A stretch of 64,000 bases of DNA from a candidate division WWE3 bacterium. Lineage in GTDB: Bacteria; Patescibacteriota; WWE3; UBA101185; UBA10185. Location: NCBI GenBank assembly GCA_003599255.1, contig QZJF01000006.1:1018-65017 (forward strand), given 5' to 3'. Position 1 is the first letter of the stretch. Each line of letters begins with the position of its first letter. Shown here one piece after another: positions 29,491 to 38,397 of this stretch. The notes below the pieces were generated by a model, which worked only from the letters and a program-made list of their open reading frames with translations, made no database searches and had not been told where the DNA came from. A program made the position numbers and the translations under genes.

Positions 29491-30408
29491 ATGCGTAGAA
29501 AGAAGTATATAAAATACCCATATGAATATTTTGCGGCTCAGATTGAATTTGGCGTCAGACTTGCCCAAATAAAAAAAATCAGCCGGAGACAGTCATTTCT
29601 TAAATATACTGATCTTTACGGTAGTCTTACTAATCACACATTTGCCGATAATAAAAAGAACAAATGGGTAAAAAAAGTTCTGGTTAAGTTTGAATATTTA
29701 ATTAAGAATGTAAAAGACATAGATAAACTTTGTATTGAAACATACAACCTATTTCTGGATACCCCATATGCCAGAATCTCCCCTGACTTGCCTAAGAAAA
29801 GCGATAAACTCAGATTCGGGTGTTTTAGATTAAATTATTCGGACTATTATAGATCAAGAAAGATAGTTAGACTTCATTTTTCACCCACTCGTGCCGGTCT
29901 GTCCCAAAAGAATCAGGAATTTAGGGCTTCGGATTTATCTTCCATTTATATAAATGACAGAAACAAGGAGTTTAGCGAAATGATTAACTACATATACAAT
30001 AACCCCGAAAAGTTTGAGGGAGCAACGCATTTTTTGAGTTCTACTTGGATGCAGAGTCTGCCGGTATATCAGTCTTTTTTCCCTGTGGAATCGGTTAATT
30101 ACAGAAAGCCTGTTGAAAACATTTATATGTGGCTCTGGGGACAATTTATGAAATGGGACCTATCCGGAAATACTAAAAGATATTTAGAATTCAAAGGCAA
30201 AGTTAGATCGGCGAAAATGGTTTCGACTGTGGTAGCAGCAATTCCCTTTAAAGTTTATGAAGTCTGCATACCATTGGAAGAAATGTTCAAAAAGTACGTG
30301 CCGGAATATGTTGATGTTCCAGTAGTTTCAGAAAATATCTCTATACCTGTACAATTTGATACCAGTCGTCCTTTACGATCACATACTGTTTATCAGTCAG
30401 AAGAATAA
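29491..30408 (+). CDS. Hypothetical protein (basic, aromatic-rich)
   Basis: 305-aa ORF with an upstream TTGTCT-N17-TAGACT promoter. No family recognised. Confidence 0.7.
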   Translation: MRRKKYIKYPYEYFAAQIEFGVRLAQIKKISRRQSFLKYTDLYGSLTNHTFADNKKNKWVKKVLVKFEYLIKNVKDIDKLCIETYNLFLDTPYARISPDLPKKSDKLRFGCFRLNYSDYYRSRKIVRLHFSPTRAGLSQKNQEFRASDLSSIYINDRNKEFSEMINYIYNNPEKFEGATHFLSSTWMQSLPVYQSFFPVESVNYRKPVENIYMWLWGQFMKWDLSGNTKRYLEFKGKVRSAKMVSTVVAAIPFKVYEVCIPLEEMFKKYVPEYVDVPVVSENISIPVQFDTSRPLRSHTVYQSEE

Positions 30409-30967
30409 TCTTATTTTCAGTGTTATATGCACGTTCCATCCTGTGATGGAGGTAGAAATCCTTAGTTGACGGATTCCCCCAGTGAGGAAATGTTACAAAA
30501 TCAACTAGCCCCATTCCTTTGAAATCAGTTAGATCCGGTACTTTTGATAGGGCTTCTTCTCTGTGAGCGACCCATATATCCGGTCCTGCTACAAGTGATC
30601 CGGAGCTTTCTCCTATATATACTTTTCCAGAATTTACATGTTCCTGTGCAAGTAGCGCAAAATTTGTTCTCTGAATTTGATAAAGCAGAAAGAATGGATT
30701 GCCCCCCGCCACGAATAAAATGTCTATACCGGAAAGGTCTTTTCTGATTTCTGATTCACTTTTACCTGTTAATGTGTAGTTAAAAACATCAAAACCGAAT
30801 GATTCAAAAGTTGCTTCTTCCAGTTTTATCCATGAAGTATCGGTAGTTTCTGTTTCAGAGGCTGTAGTAATGTATGCCAAAGTTTGTCCTTTAGGGGAGC
30901 CTTCAAAGTGCCGTACAAGGTCAGGCTCGACCGATTTCATACTAGAAGTGAGGTATAAATGTTTCAT
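30341..30967 (-). CDS. Peptidase S51 (dipeptidase E-like, class I GATase fold)
   Basis: YITTAS, FVAGGNPFFLL, YIGESSGS (Ser nucleophile), FPHW. Confidence 0.88.
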   Translation of the reverse strand: MKHLYLTSSMKSVEPDLVRHFEGSPKGQTLAYITTASETETTDTSWIKLEEATFESFGFDVFNYTLTGKSESEIRKDLSGIDILFVAGGNPFFLLYQIQRTNFALLAQEHVNSGKVYIGESSGSLVAGPDIWVAHREEALSKVPDLTDFKGMGLVDFVTFPHWGNPSTKDFYLHHRMERAYNTENKIILLTDKQYVIVKDDWYQIVQV

Positions 30968-31040
30968 ACTGTTTTGTTTTGATAACTTACCTTTGATTCT
31001 ACAACAACTTTGGTTTTGTGAAAATTGCTATAATTCTATC

Positions 31041-31946
31041 GTGGGTAGAGTAAGCGTAATAATATGCGCATACAATGAAATAAAGTTTGTTGAGCAATGT
31101 CTATCAAATCTCCAAAAAATCAGAGACACGGAGTTGAACGATCTGAAAGTAATCGTTAAGGACAATGCATCTACGGACGGAACTGCTGAAGTAGTTGAAC
31201 AAAAGTTTCCATGGGTTAAATTGATCCGCGGGGAAAACAAAGGATTATCTTACGGTTATAACATTGGATATAAGGCATCAGATACGGAGTTTCTACTTTT
31301 CTTAGGAATGGACGCTTTTCCGGAAGCCGGTACTATACCGGGATTAATTGAATATTTTGATAAAAACGAGGAAGTGGGAGCCTCTACATGTAAGTTAGTA
31401 TTAAATGACGGCAGTCTTGACATGGATGCACACAGGGGTTTCCCTACACCGTGGATATCACTCACCCGCCTTTTGGGGCTGCATAAAATATTTCCTAATT
31501 CAGAAACATTTAACGGGTATTTTTTACCGGGAAGAAATATGAACGAGCCCCATGAAATTGACTTATGTATTTCTCACTTTATGTTTACCCGAAGAAAAGT
31601 CCTTGATCAGATAGATGGATTTGATGAGGATTTTTTCCTCTATGGTGAAGATGTGGATGTATGCTACAGAATTAAGAAAGCCGGATGGAAACTTATGTAT
31701 CTACCTCAGTTTACCGCAAAACACATGAAGGGGGGCTCGGTAGGTATAAGAAAAACTACCAGAGACATGGTAAAAAAGCCGTTACAGCATAGGTTAAAAA
31801 TGCAACGTTTGACATCGGAAGCGATGGCGTTATTTGTAAAGAAGCATTATATGGACAAATATCCCAAGCTATTCGTTTACTTAATGCTGATATCATCACG
31901 TTTACTCGGATACTTGCGTGTGTTTGTTGAATCTTTAAGAAGGTAA
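31041..31946 (+). CDS. GT2 family glycosyltransferase (WbbL-like)
   Basis: VSVIICAYN, DNASTDGT, GFDEDFFLYGEDVD. The GTG start lies 6 nt after TATAAT. Confidence 0.9.
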   Translation: MGRVSVIICAYNEIKFVEQCLSNLQKIRDTELNDLKVIVKDNASTDGTAEVVEQKFPWVKLIRGENKGLSYGYNIGYKASDTEFLLFLGMDAFPEAGTIPGLIEYFDKNEEVGASTCKLVLNDGSLDMDAHRGFPTPWISLTRLLGLHKIFPNSETFNGYFLPGRNMNEPHEIDLCISHFMFTRRKVLDQIDGFDEDFFLYGEDVDVCYRIKKAGWKLMYLPQFTAKHMKGGSVGIRKTTRDMVKKPLQHRLKMQRLTSEAMALFVKKHYMDKYPKLFVYLMLISSRLLGYLRVFVESLRR

Positions 31947-31955
31947 TTAATAAAA

Positions 31956-32001
31956 GGCGGCCCCCATAAGCACAAGTAAATGTACTTGATTGGGGGCCGT
32001 T
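31956..32001. terminator. Long hairpin between convergent genes
   Basis: GGCGGCCCCCA...CAAGTA-AATG-TACTTG...TGGGGGCCGTT. Confidence 0.6.
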
Positions 32002-32004
32002 CTG

Positions 32005-32778
32005 TTAACCTAAGAGCGCAGTCAGAATTTCTTTTTGACCGCGATAGTCAACCTTTGTCGGAAGAGATGGCAATAAGGGTCTGTTGACAAGCAACTTTTC
32101 TGATCCCATCTCAATGTGCAGGGAATAACTTATATCTTCCCACGCGGTTCTTAAACACAAACTCCAGTCAAACAGTGGAGAAGCATGATAAAGATACATC
32201 CCACCGGGACCCAGACCTGTGGTTTGGTTTCTCCAGGCGAAGTCACTCTCGGAGTATGTAACGATGCGTTTTCTCCAGTTTTTACCCGGCAGATAGTTAA
32301 GTACTCCAAACAGCATGGGTCTCATAGCCACAGGCGGAAGTCCAATGTGCTCTTCATTCTTGTGGTATTTGAGATTAATTCCTCCGGATTCTGTCTTGTC
32401 TCTTGTCGCACGCGCAAAACAATAATCCTGCCATGTCTCCATGTTTTCGTAGCACAGTACTACTTCAAGCGCCCCTGATGTGTACTCGAACTGGAAGACA
32501 TAGATCGTGGTCGAAAGAACACGCATTCTTTGACGAATGTTTAAAGTGTTCCTCTCAATCTCCTTAACCCTGGAAGCCAACGCTGACTCTTTATTTGCCT
32601 CTCGGGTTAACACTGTTGAAAGTACCTGACTAATGTTTACATTGTGTTGTGCCAGGAACTTTCCACGAAATCTGGGAGTAATCTGAATTGTCGGTTCTTT
32701 GGTAAAGTCACCGACAACTAGCGTAGCAATTTGAAGCCCTCTGGCTTCTGTTGCGTTAAAAACAACGTCTCCACTCAT
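32005..32778 (-). CDS. Hypothetical protein (orphan)
   Basis: 257-aa ORF with an AGGAGAGG SD and GC-richer codons. No family recognised. Confidence 0.7.
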   Translation of the reverse strand: MSGDVVFNATEARGLQIATLVVGDFTKEPTIQITPRFRGKFLAQHNVNISQVLSTVLTREANKESALASRVKEIERNTLNIRQRMRVLSTTIYVFQFEYTSGALEVVLCYENMETWQDYCFARATRDKTESGGINLKYHKNEEHIGLPPVAMRPMLFGVLNYLPGKNWRKRIVTYSESDFAWRNQTTGLGPGGMYLYHASPLFDWSLCLRTAWEDISYSLHIEMGSEKLLVNRPLLPSLPTKVDYRGQKEILTALLG

Positions 32779-32961
32779 GATCCTCTCCTTATAGGAATTT
32801 TGGGGGCATGCCCCAGGATTTGGGTATTAATTGGCATTGTGCCTGTTGATAGCAGGATAGTATCATATAGGGCCTATAGTAGCAATATCACGGATATAAT
32901 GATATAATTCTGCCCGCAACTTGAAAATTCAATAATAAACCTAAGAAAGGAAAAGGAGTTC

Positions 32962-33327
32962 ATGATGTCCAAGAGACGCATAGTATTTACTGTGCTGTTG
33001 TTTGCACTTCTGGGATTCGCGTCCAGGTTCTTCGGCGTTATCGCCTTTATGTTCCTGCTCGCTTTCCCCGTGCTTTCGGGCATGTGGGCAAAGAGGCTCA
33101 CGGTCAACTTTGACCGCGCACATGAACCGGAACAGGACTTTTCCATGATCATTTACTTCGTTATGTGGGTGATCATCGGGCTGGTTCTGTACGCGGTTTA
33201 TCCCCTCTTGCTTACAACGCTCAACATAGCACCATTTCTGCGCTTTATGGTCTTTCTGGTTGGTTATGTGGCCGGGCTGTACCTGCCGCAAAAATCCATT
33301 CGGGTAAGGCCAAATTCGGGGAAATAA
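32962..33327 (+). CDS. Hypothetical multi-TM membrane protein, first gene of the TPM/LemA operon
   Basis: AAGGAG SD and about four hydrophobic helices. Confidence 0.7.
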   Translation: MMSKRRIVFTVLLFALLGFASRFFGVIAFMFLLAFPVLSGMWAKRLTVNFDRAHEPEQDFSMIIYFVMWVIIGLVLYAVYPLLLTTLNIAPFLRFMVFLVGYVAGLYLPQKSIRVRPNSGK

Positions 33328-33330
33328 CCG

Positions 33331-33672
33331 ATGAACAAGCGGAGTCTTTTCATCACGGCAGCTCTGTTGCTAATCCTCATGTCTATTGTTGCCTGTGTGG
33401 CATCCGTAGACGCTTCGGACCAGATGGCGCCGTCATCTGATACCCAAACCACCGAAAGCTCTGATGGTGAAGATTCTACCGATGGAGTGACTGTGTTTAT
33501 AGCAATCGTTTTGTGGATTGTTGTGACAGTCGTTCTCTTTTTGATAGATCCAACACTGGGGTATTTGTGGTTAAGGTTCAGTTTAAACGTCGTTTCGTTT
33601 GGTCTGACAAAGGGTGGCTCGAGCTCATCAAGATCAGGACGCGGCGGAGGAAGATCCGGTCGCGGAAACTAA
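33331..33672 (+). CDS. Putative lipoprotein/membrane protein with C-terminal SRSGRGGGRSGRGN tail
   Basis: Signal with a possible lipobox (IVAC), acidic linker, TM helix, Ser/Gly/Arg tail. Confidence 0.7.
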   Translation: MNKRSLFITAALLLILMSIVACVASVDASDQMAPSSDTQTTESSDGEDSTDGVTVFIAIVLWIVVTVVLFLIDPTLGYLWLRFSLNVVSFGLTKGGSSSSRSGRGGGRSGRGN

Positions 33673-33689
33673 ACTAAGGAGGCAACAAG

Positions 33690-34544
33690 ATGAAGAAGCT
33701 TTTGCTGACTTTTGCTGTACTGGTTCTTTTGCTTGGTGTCGTAACAACGGCATTGGCGCAGAGCACCAGATGCGGAGACGGTAGTGCCCCAGACTATGGT
33801 TTCACTCACTCCCGCGACCAGGAACACTGGACCCGCGGTTGGGAAACCTATTTGTCAGGCAAAACCGTCACCGAGATCGACAAAGTGCTGGACGGGCTAT
33901 ACAACGGAAACATCGTCGAAACCGTTGTTTTGTTCATGCCTGCCAGCTCTGTAGGCAATCGGGTCAACTGTGCAGTCCATTACCTGAGATATATGGAAAT
34001 GGGAAGGCCCAGTGGACCCCGACAAGACAATGGTTATGCTTTATTGTTTGTCGTTGAGCCCGATGGTTCTCTGGATGTTCACTATGGAGTAGGTTTGGGA
34101 TTGCCTTCAATGACGGCTCCTCACCTCACCGAAATCAATCGCATGGCCGAACAAGCTTATGATGCGACCAAGTCATACGATGACGCGGTTTTGATAGCGG
34201 TGAATGAGCTGGATACCTATGCCCGTTCATTATATGAGCCTATCTCAGACAGCGAGTACGAGAAACTAATCAGCCCTGAAGAGAGATCCGAGTCAGCAGT
34301 ACAGGAACAAAGCCAGGAAAACCAAGGTATGTCCCCAGGGGCATGGTTGGTGGTACTAGTTCTGGTTTTTCTGGTGCTGCTTGTTGTTCTTGCTATATTT
34401 CTCGGAGGTAATTCGGGAGGTACTTACTCCTCTCCGGGCCCATCGAGATCGTCACCAAGTACACGTACAGGTTCGTCTTCTCCGACACGTTCTTCTCCCA
34501 GCCGGTCAGGCAGGGGAGGCGGAAGGTCAGGACGAGGCAACTAG
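33690..34544 (+). CDS. TPM domain protein (YgcG-like) with TM helix and SRSGRGGGRSGRGN tail
   Basis: Signal peptide (ALA-Q). MGRPSGPRQDNGYALLFVV...VHYGVGLGL matches the TPM G..DNG.LL...I.VGYGL pattern. AAGGAGG SD upstream. Confidence 0.75.
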   Translation: MKKLLLTFAVLVLLLGVVTTALAQSTRCGDGSAPDYGFTHSRDQEHWTRGWETYLSGKTVTEIDKVLDGLYNGNIVETVVLFMPASSVGNRVNCAVHYLRYMEMGRPSGPRQDNGYALLFVVEPDGSLDVHYGVGLGLPSMTAPHLTEINRMAEQAYDATKSYDDAVLIAVNELDTYARSLYEPISDSEYEKLISPEERSESAVQEQSQENQGMSPGAWLVVLVLVFLVLLVVLAIFLGGNSGGTYSSPGPSRSSPSTRTGSSSPTRSSPSRSGRGGGRSGRGN

Positions 34545-34585
34545 TCTGTCTCTATCAGATTCCAATATCACAGGAGTAAAAGGAA

Positions 34586-35275
34586 ATGAAAAACAAGAGA
34601 TCCTTGATGTTTGCCATGATTTTTATTCTCATGGCGTCTGCGTTTCTTCCTGCCTGCGCGGCCAAGAAAGTCGCCGTAGAAGGCTCGAAGGAATACAACG
34701 AGTTAATCGCGCTGTGGCAAGGAGCTCAGTACGGTGCGAGCAATTTCAACCTGGTGGTTGACACGCAATACGGCAAAATCCAGGCCACTACACAGCAGGC
34801 TAACTCGTATTATGAGTCTGTAATCACCAGCGGTGAAGTATGGACCGGGCAATTTCGTGAACAGGGCGAGGCCTTAGCGGATCTAATCCGGAACTACAAG
34901 GATGAAAATGGCCAGCCTTTAGATCCATCGCAGTTGAACCTGAATGACTTGCAGCAGCAAGGCGCTCTTCCCGATGGACTGGCCGCTGGTTTTGCATTGT
35001 ACGTCAACGCGATTCAGCAGGCTCCCCCTCCGGTTCCGGACTCTGCAGTGACTTTGTCTCTTATGGACACTACCAGCGAGGCAATGAACACGATTCAACT
35101 GGCAGGTACAGATTGGAACGATGCTGTACGCAAGTACAACACCCGCAGATCTCAAATCCGCGGCGAAGTTGTTGCGGCTGTGAGCAATTTCCTGGGTTAT
35201 CCCCTACCTGAAAGCCTCCCCTTTTATGCAGGTGGCAATCAGGGCCAGCCCGTCGAAAATCCTTTAGCTCCGTAA
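34586..35275 (+). CDS. Divergent LemA-family protein, putative lipoprotein
   Basis: Lipobox-like LPAC. NTIQLAGTDWNDAVRKYNTRRSQIRGEVVA resembles the LemA motif N.I..AR..YN.AV..YN. Confidence 0.65.
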   Translation: MKNKRSLMFAMIFILMASAFLPACAAKKVAVEGSKEYNELIALWQGAQYGASNFNLVVDTQYGKIQATTQQANSYYESVITSGEVWTGQFREQGEALADLIRNYKDENGQPLDPSQLNLNDLQQQGALPDGLAAGFALYVNAIQQAPPPVPDSAVTLSLMDTTSEAMNTIQLAGTDWNDAVRKYNTRRSQIRGEVVAAVSNFLGYPLPESLPFYAGGNQGQPVENPLAP

Positions 35276-35313
35276 TTTGGGAGTTTAGAGGAAGGTTTAT
35301 TACAATTGAATAT

Positions 35314-35360
35314 AATCCCCCGCTTAGATGCTGTAATTTGGCACTTTCGGGGGATTTTTG
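35314..35360 (+). terminator. Intrinsic terminator of the TPM/LemA operon
   Basis: AATCCCCCG...CGGGGGATT followed by TTTG. Confidence 0.65.
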
Positions 35361-35361
35361 T

Positions 35362-36165
35362 TTATGCTAAAGGTAACTGGATATTTTTTGCCTGCTGTTT
35401 TCCTGACTTTAGTTCGTGTTTTTCGCGGGAATTGTAGTAGGCACAGTAGTCACATTGTTCACCGCTTTCGGGTATGTATTCCAAATCCAAACATTTTTTT
35501 ATATCCTCAATAGTATCCTCAACCCAATTTGTATTCCCTATGTAATCAATTAAGGTAATATCAAATTCAAGTTTAGCATCAAAAGCTTCCTTATCCGTAT
35601 TGCCGTTACAATAAACAAAGTAACCTGTGTCAGAAACCTTGTACCCGTTTTGTTTCAGAAGCCACTGATAAATTTCCATTTGTCTTTTGTACCCAATTTG
35701 CCAATCCTTATCTAACTCATTAATCTCCTCGTTTTTGCTTGTTGATTTATAGTCCACCACAATGTATTCATCATCAGAGTTTATCCATAGATCGTCGATT
35801 GCTCCGAATATTAAAAGATTTGTCGGTTTGTGCAGGTACTGGATACCTGTGAAATTATCCCGCCACAAATCAAGACTCTCGTGCGGTACCGGTTTAGCAT
35901 CAACGCCGTACTTTTCAATCAGCGGGTGTGGTTTTCCGCTTACACGGTGAGAATCGAACTCAAGTTTTAAGAGATGATCCACTGCACTGTTAAGTGCAAA
36001 TGGAAATCCAGGAGGTCTTCCTGTACCAAGCACTCTGTCAATATAGAAACATCTGGGACATTCCATAAACAAATCTATCTTTGACCTGCTCAATTTGAAA
36101 TACTGAGTGGAACTTTTGTCGTAACAATATTTATCTAATCTTTGTGATTTATAGTATTCAGACAT
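35362..36165 (-). CDS. PD-(D/E)XK nuclease family protein
   Basis: LSRSKID..MECPRCFY, GAIDDLW, VVDYKST, RQMEIYQW, CDYC. Confidence 0.85.
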   Translation of the reverse strand: MSEYYKSQRLDKYCYDKSSTQYFKLSRSKIDLFMECPRCFYIDRVLGTGRPPGFPFALNSAVDHLLKLEFDSHRVSGKPHPLIEKYGVDAKPVPHESLDLWRDNFTGIQYLHKPTNLLIFGAIDDLWINSDDEYIVVDYKSTSKNEEINELDKDWQIGYKRQMEIYQWLLKQNGYKVSDTGYFVYCNGNTDKEAFDAKLEFDITLIDYIGNTNWVEDTIEDIKKCLDLEYIPESGEQCDYCAYYNSREKHELKSGKQQAKNIQLPLA

Positions 36166-36209
36166 GTTCTGATTATAACCCATTTATCATTGGTATAATT
36201 AACTACAAT

Positions 36210-36695
36210 ATGTCTATGTCTGTTGAAAAAAGAAATAAATTAATAATATTAATTCTAAGGTTATTTATAGGTTGGTTCTTTTTCTATTCAGGTTTAACTA
36301 AAGTAACGACCTATTACACTGATCAACCGGATTGGTCAGCCGCTCAATTTTTGTCAGGTCAAAAAGGAATATTTTCCGATTATTTTCAGACACTGACCTC
36401 TAATAAATTAATTGATTATCTTAATGCTTATGGTCAGTTGGCTATTGGTTTGGGGGTCATTACCGGAACCCTACTTAGATTAGCAAGTTTCTGGGGAATC
36501 TTTTTAATGGGTATGTATTACATGGCAGGGTATCCGCCAAAGAACGCTCTTTTGATTGATACTCATGTTTTATATTCAGGAATATTTATTTTGCTCATGT
36601 CTTCGGGAGCCGGAAGATATTTTGGAGTCGACGGATTAGTGGAGAAAACTGAAATAGTGAAAAGAAACCGATGGTTGTTAAAGTTGCTCGGATAG
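36210..36695 (+). CDS. DoxX family membrane protein
   Basis: LRLFIGWFFFYSGLTK, QLAIGLGVITG, GAGRYFGVD. Confidence 0.85.
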   Translation: MSMSVEKRNKLIILILRLFIGWFFFYSGLTKVTTYYTDQPDWSAAQFLSGQKGIFSDYFQTLTSNKLIDYLNAYGQLAIGLGVITGTLLRLASFWGIFLMGMYYMAGYPPKNALLIDTHVLYSGIFILLMSSGAGRYFGVDGLVEKTEIVKRNRWLLKLLG

Positions 36696-36700
36696 TCCGG

Positions 36701-37444
36701 TTACTCCGAAAGTTTTACATATATATCACCGGAAGGACTCATCTTTTGTTTGTTTATGACATGTGCCACTTTTGTGATGTCATTTGTCCACTCAGGCAAC
36801 TCTAATCTGTGGTATGGGTGAACAGATAAGTTAATTTTAAGGTTGCTTTGATTCTCAAGCAATTTCAGACAGGCAACAGTATCTTCTACTAACGAAGAAG
36901 TATACTCAAAAGATATTATTGGGATTATCGAATGAAGACCCTCAAATACGTATTTCTCGTAACCCTCTACGTCAATTTTGCAAAATGCAGGTACTCCATA
37001 CGCAGAGATAAGATCATCAATCGTTGTTATTTCAACGTCTATAGTTTTGTCCCAAGTTCTGTTGTTGAAAGGTCCCTCCTTCTTATATTTTTCGGAAAAA
37101 GTTGAAGTCGCGTGATTTTGAGACGAAACATAAAAAGGAAGTACGCCTTTAGAGTTGCCGACGCCCTTACCGATGACGGTTATGTTCTCGTTCCCCGCGA
37201 ATTTTTTGTTGATAATATCGAGACAGCGAGGCTGAGGTTCTAGGCATATTACTTGAGCTCCCAGTTCAAGAAAAACTTCTGCATAGTCGCCCATATTAGC
37301 TCCAATATCAAAAACCAGATCATCGGATTTAACAAACTGAGAGTAAAACTTTTTCAGATAAGGTTTTTCAATATGTGCCCGACCTCTTTCAAGTGTACTC
37401 CTAACAGTAACGGGAAGTTGTTGATATAAAACATCGGCTTTCAC
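36701..37444 (-). CDS. FkbM family methyltransferase
   Basis: VFDIGANMG, LEPQP, FCKIDVEGYE. Confidence 0.9.
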   Translation of the reverse strand: MKADVLYQQLPVTVRSTLERGRAHIEKPYLKKFYSQFVKSDDLVFDIGANMGDYAEVFLELGAQVICLEPQPRCLDIINKKFAGNENITVIGKGVGNSKGVLPFYVSSQNHATSTFSEKYKKEGPFNNRTWDKTIDVEITTIDDLISAYGVPAFCKIDVEGYEKYVFEGLHSIIPIISFEYTSSLVEDTVACLKLLENQSNLKINLSVHPYHRLELPEWTNDITKVAHVINKQKMSPSGDIYVKLSE

Positions 37445-37471
37445 TCCACAATTGTATCAGGAAGACCACTG

Positions 37472-38086
37472 TTACTTAATCAACTTTTCAAGGGCGTATT
37501 TATTGAACCCTACTACAAATTCCGAATCCATGTCTTCATATTCCAATTCAGTGACTGGCACTCCCATCTGCCCTGTTTTATTTACAAGATACTGAGCTTT
37601 TTCCTGATCGCGATCCACGTATATTAATTCATACTCAATCTTGTTGTCTTCCAGCCACTTCTGTTCCATTTTGCAATAAGGGCAGGTAGTTGTGGAATAC
37701 AGCTTTATGCTGGTGGGTTTCAACTCGCCGACACCGGCTGCCGAATTAATCAACTCCCTGATCTTTTCCTCCGCCTCTACGGACAATTTTAGTATCTGTT
37801 CGTTCTGACTAACCCCGCCCAACACCGCAGGATTACCCGCACCTACAAATATATCGCTATTCAATTGTGTAACCAGAACCGAACAAGGTAAAAGGCCGAT
37901 AAGCTGTTTATCTTCTTTAACAATTGTTTCCAGCCAGCTTTTTGAACAGATCTGAACTATGTGAGTATTATCGTTTAGCTCACTTTCACTCAAAACCTTA
38001 AAACCCATCCTTTCAGCATGATTGGTAATATTCTTTATGGTATCTTCTTTGGAAAAAGTACTTTTCCTGAAATATGCGAGATTCAT
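37472..38086 (-). CDS. DUF302 domain fused to a glutaredoxin-like domain
   Basis: N-half GFKVL...QIC...GLLPCSVLV (DUF302). C-half YSTTTCPYC and GQMGVPV (NrdH/YruB-like). Confidence 0.8.
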   Translation of the reverse strand: MNLAYFRKSTFSKEDTIKNITNHAERMGFKVLSESELNDNTHIVQICSKSWLETIVKEDKQLIGLLPCSVLVTQLNSDIFVGAGNPAVLGGVSQNEQILKLSVEAEEKIRELINSAAGVGELKPTSIKLYSTTTCPYCKMEQKWLEDNKIEYELIYVDRDQEKAQYLVNKTGQMGVPVTELEYEDMDSEFVVGFNKYALEKLIK

Positions 38087-38352
38087 TTTTTGTCCTCCTT
38101 ATTTAATGTAAATACTAGATCGGCAATTCGACCGGCCTTACCGTTAATAATTTTGTAAGTTACTTCCCTTCCCTCTTTTCTGCATTCAACTAGGTCAAAA
38201 TCTTTTAATATCTTTAAGTGTTGGGAAACTGCCGACTGTGAAAGTCCACATTTACTGATAATGTTATTAACACTCAAATCCTGTTTATTTAAACAGCTTA
38301 AAATTTGCAGTCTTACCGGATTGAGAATTGCTTTAAATACGTTTTCTGACAC
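38083..38352 (-). CDS. ArsR/SmtB family transcriptional regulator
   Basis: FKAILNPVRLQIL, LSQSAVSQHLKIL, RKEGREVTY. Confidence 0.92.
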   Translation of the reverse strand: MSENVFKAILNPVRLQILSCLNKQDLSVNNIISKCGLSQSAVSQHLKILKDFDLVECRKEGREVTYKIINGKAGRIADLVFTLNKEDKK

Positions 38353-38356
38353 TTTA

Positions 38357-38386
38357 ATACATTAGCACACGCTAATATATTGTCAA
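38357..38386 (-). promoter_or_regulatory. Sigma70-type promoter with overlapping palindromic ArsR operator
   Basis: Minus strand TTGACA (38381-38386) N16 TAATGT (38359-38364), 6 nt before the GTG. Palindrome ATTAGC-ACAC-GCTAAT at 38361-38376. Confidence 0.7.
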
Positions 38387-38397
38387 TGCTTAAGTTA

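Noticed and set aside
30870-31040. N-terminal extension of the GT2 ORF (likewise 1954-2043 and 52109-52165)
   Set aside because: These extensions overlap neighbouring genes, and downstream starts fit the domain boundaries and promoter positions better.
32874-35155. Several alternative-frame and antisense ORFs over the TPM/LemA operon (e.g. 32941-33291, 33165-33440, 34381-34761)
   Set aside because: These are shadow ORFs expected in GC-richer DNA. The plus-strand genes have SDs, signal peptides and family motifs.
25744-36165. CRISPR-Cas locus suggested by two Cas4-like PD-(D/E)XK nucleases
   Set aside because: I saw no repeat-spacer array and no cas1, cas2 or effector genes anywhere in the window.
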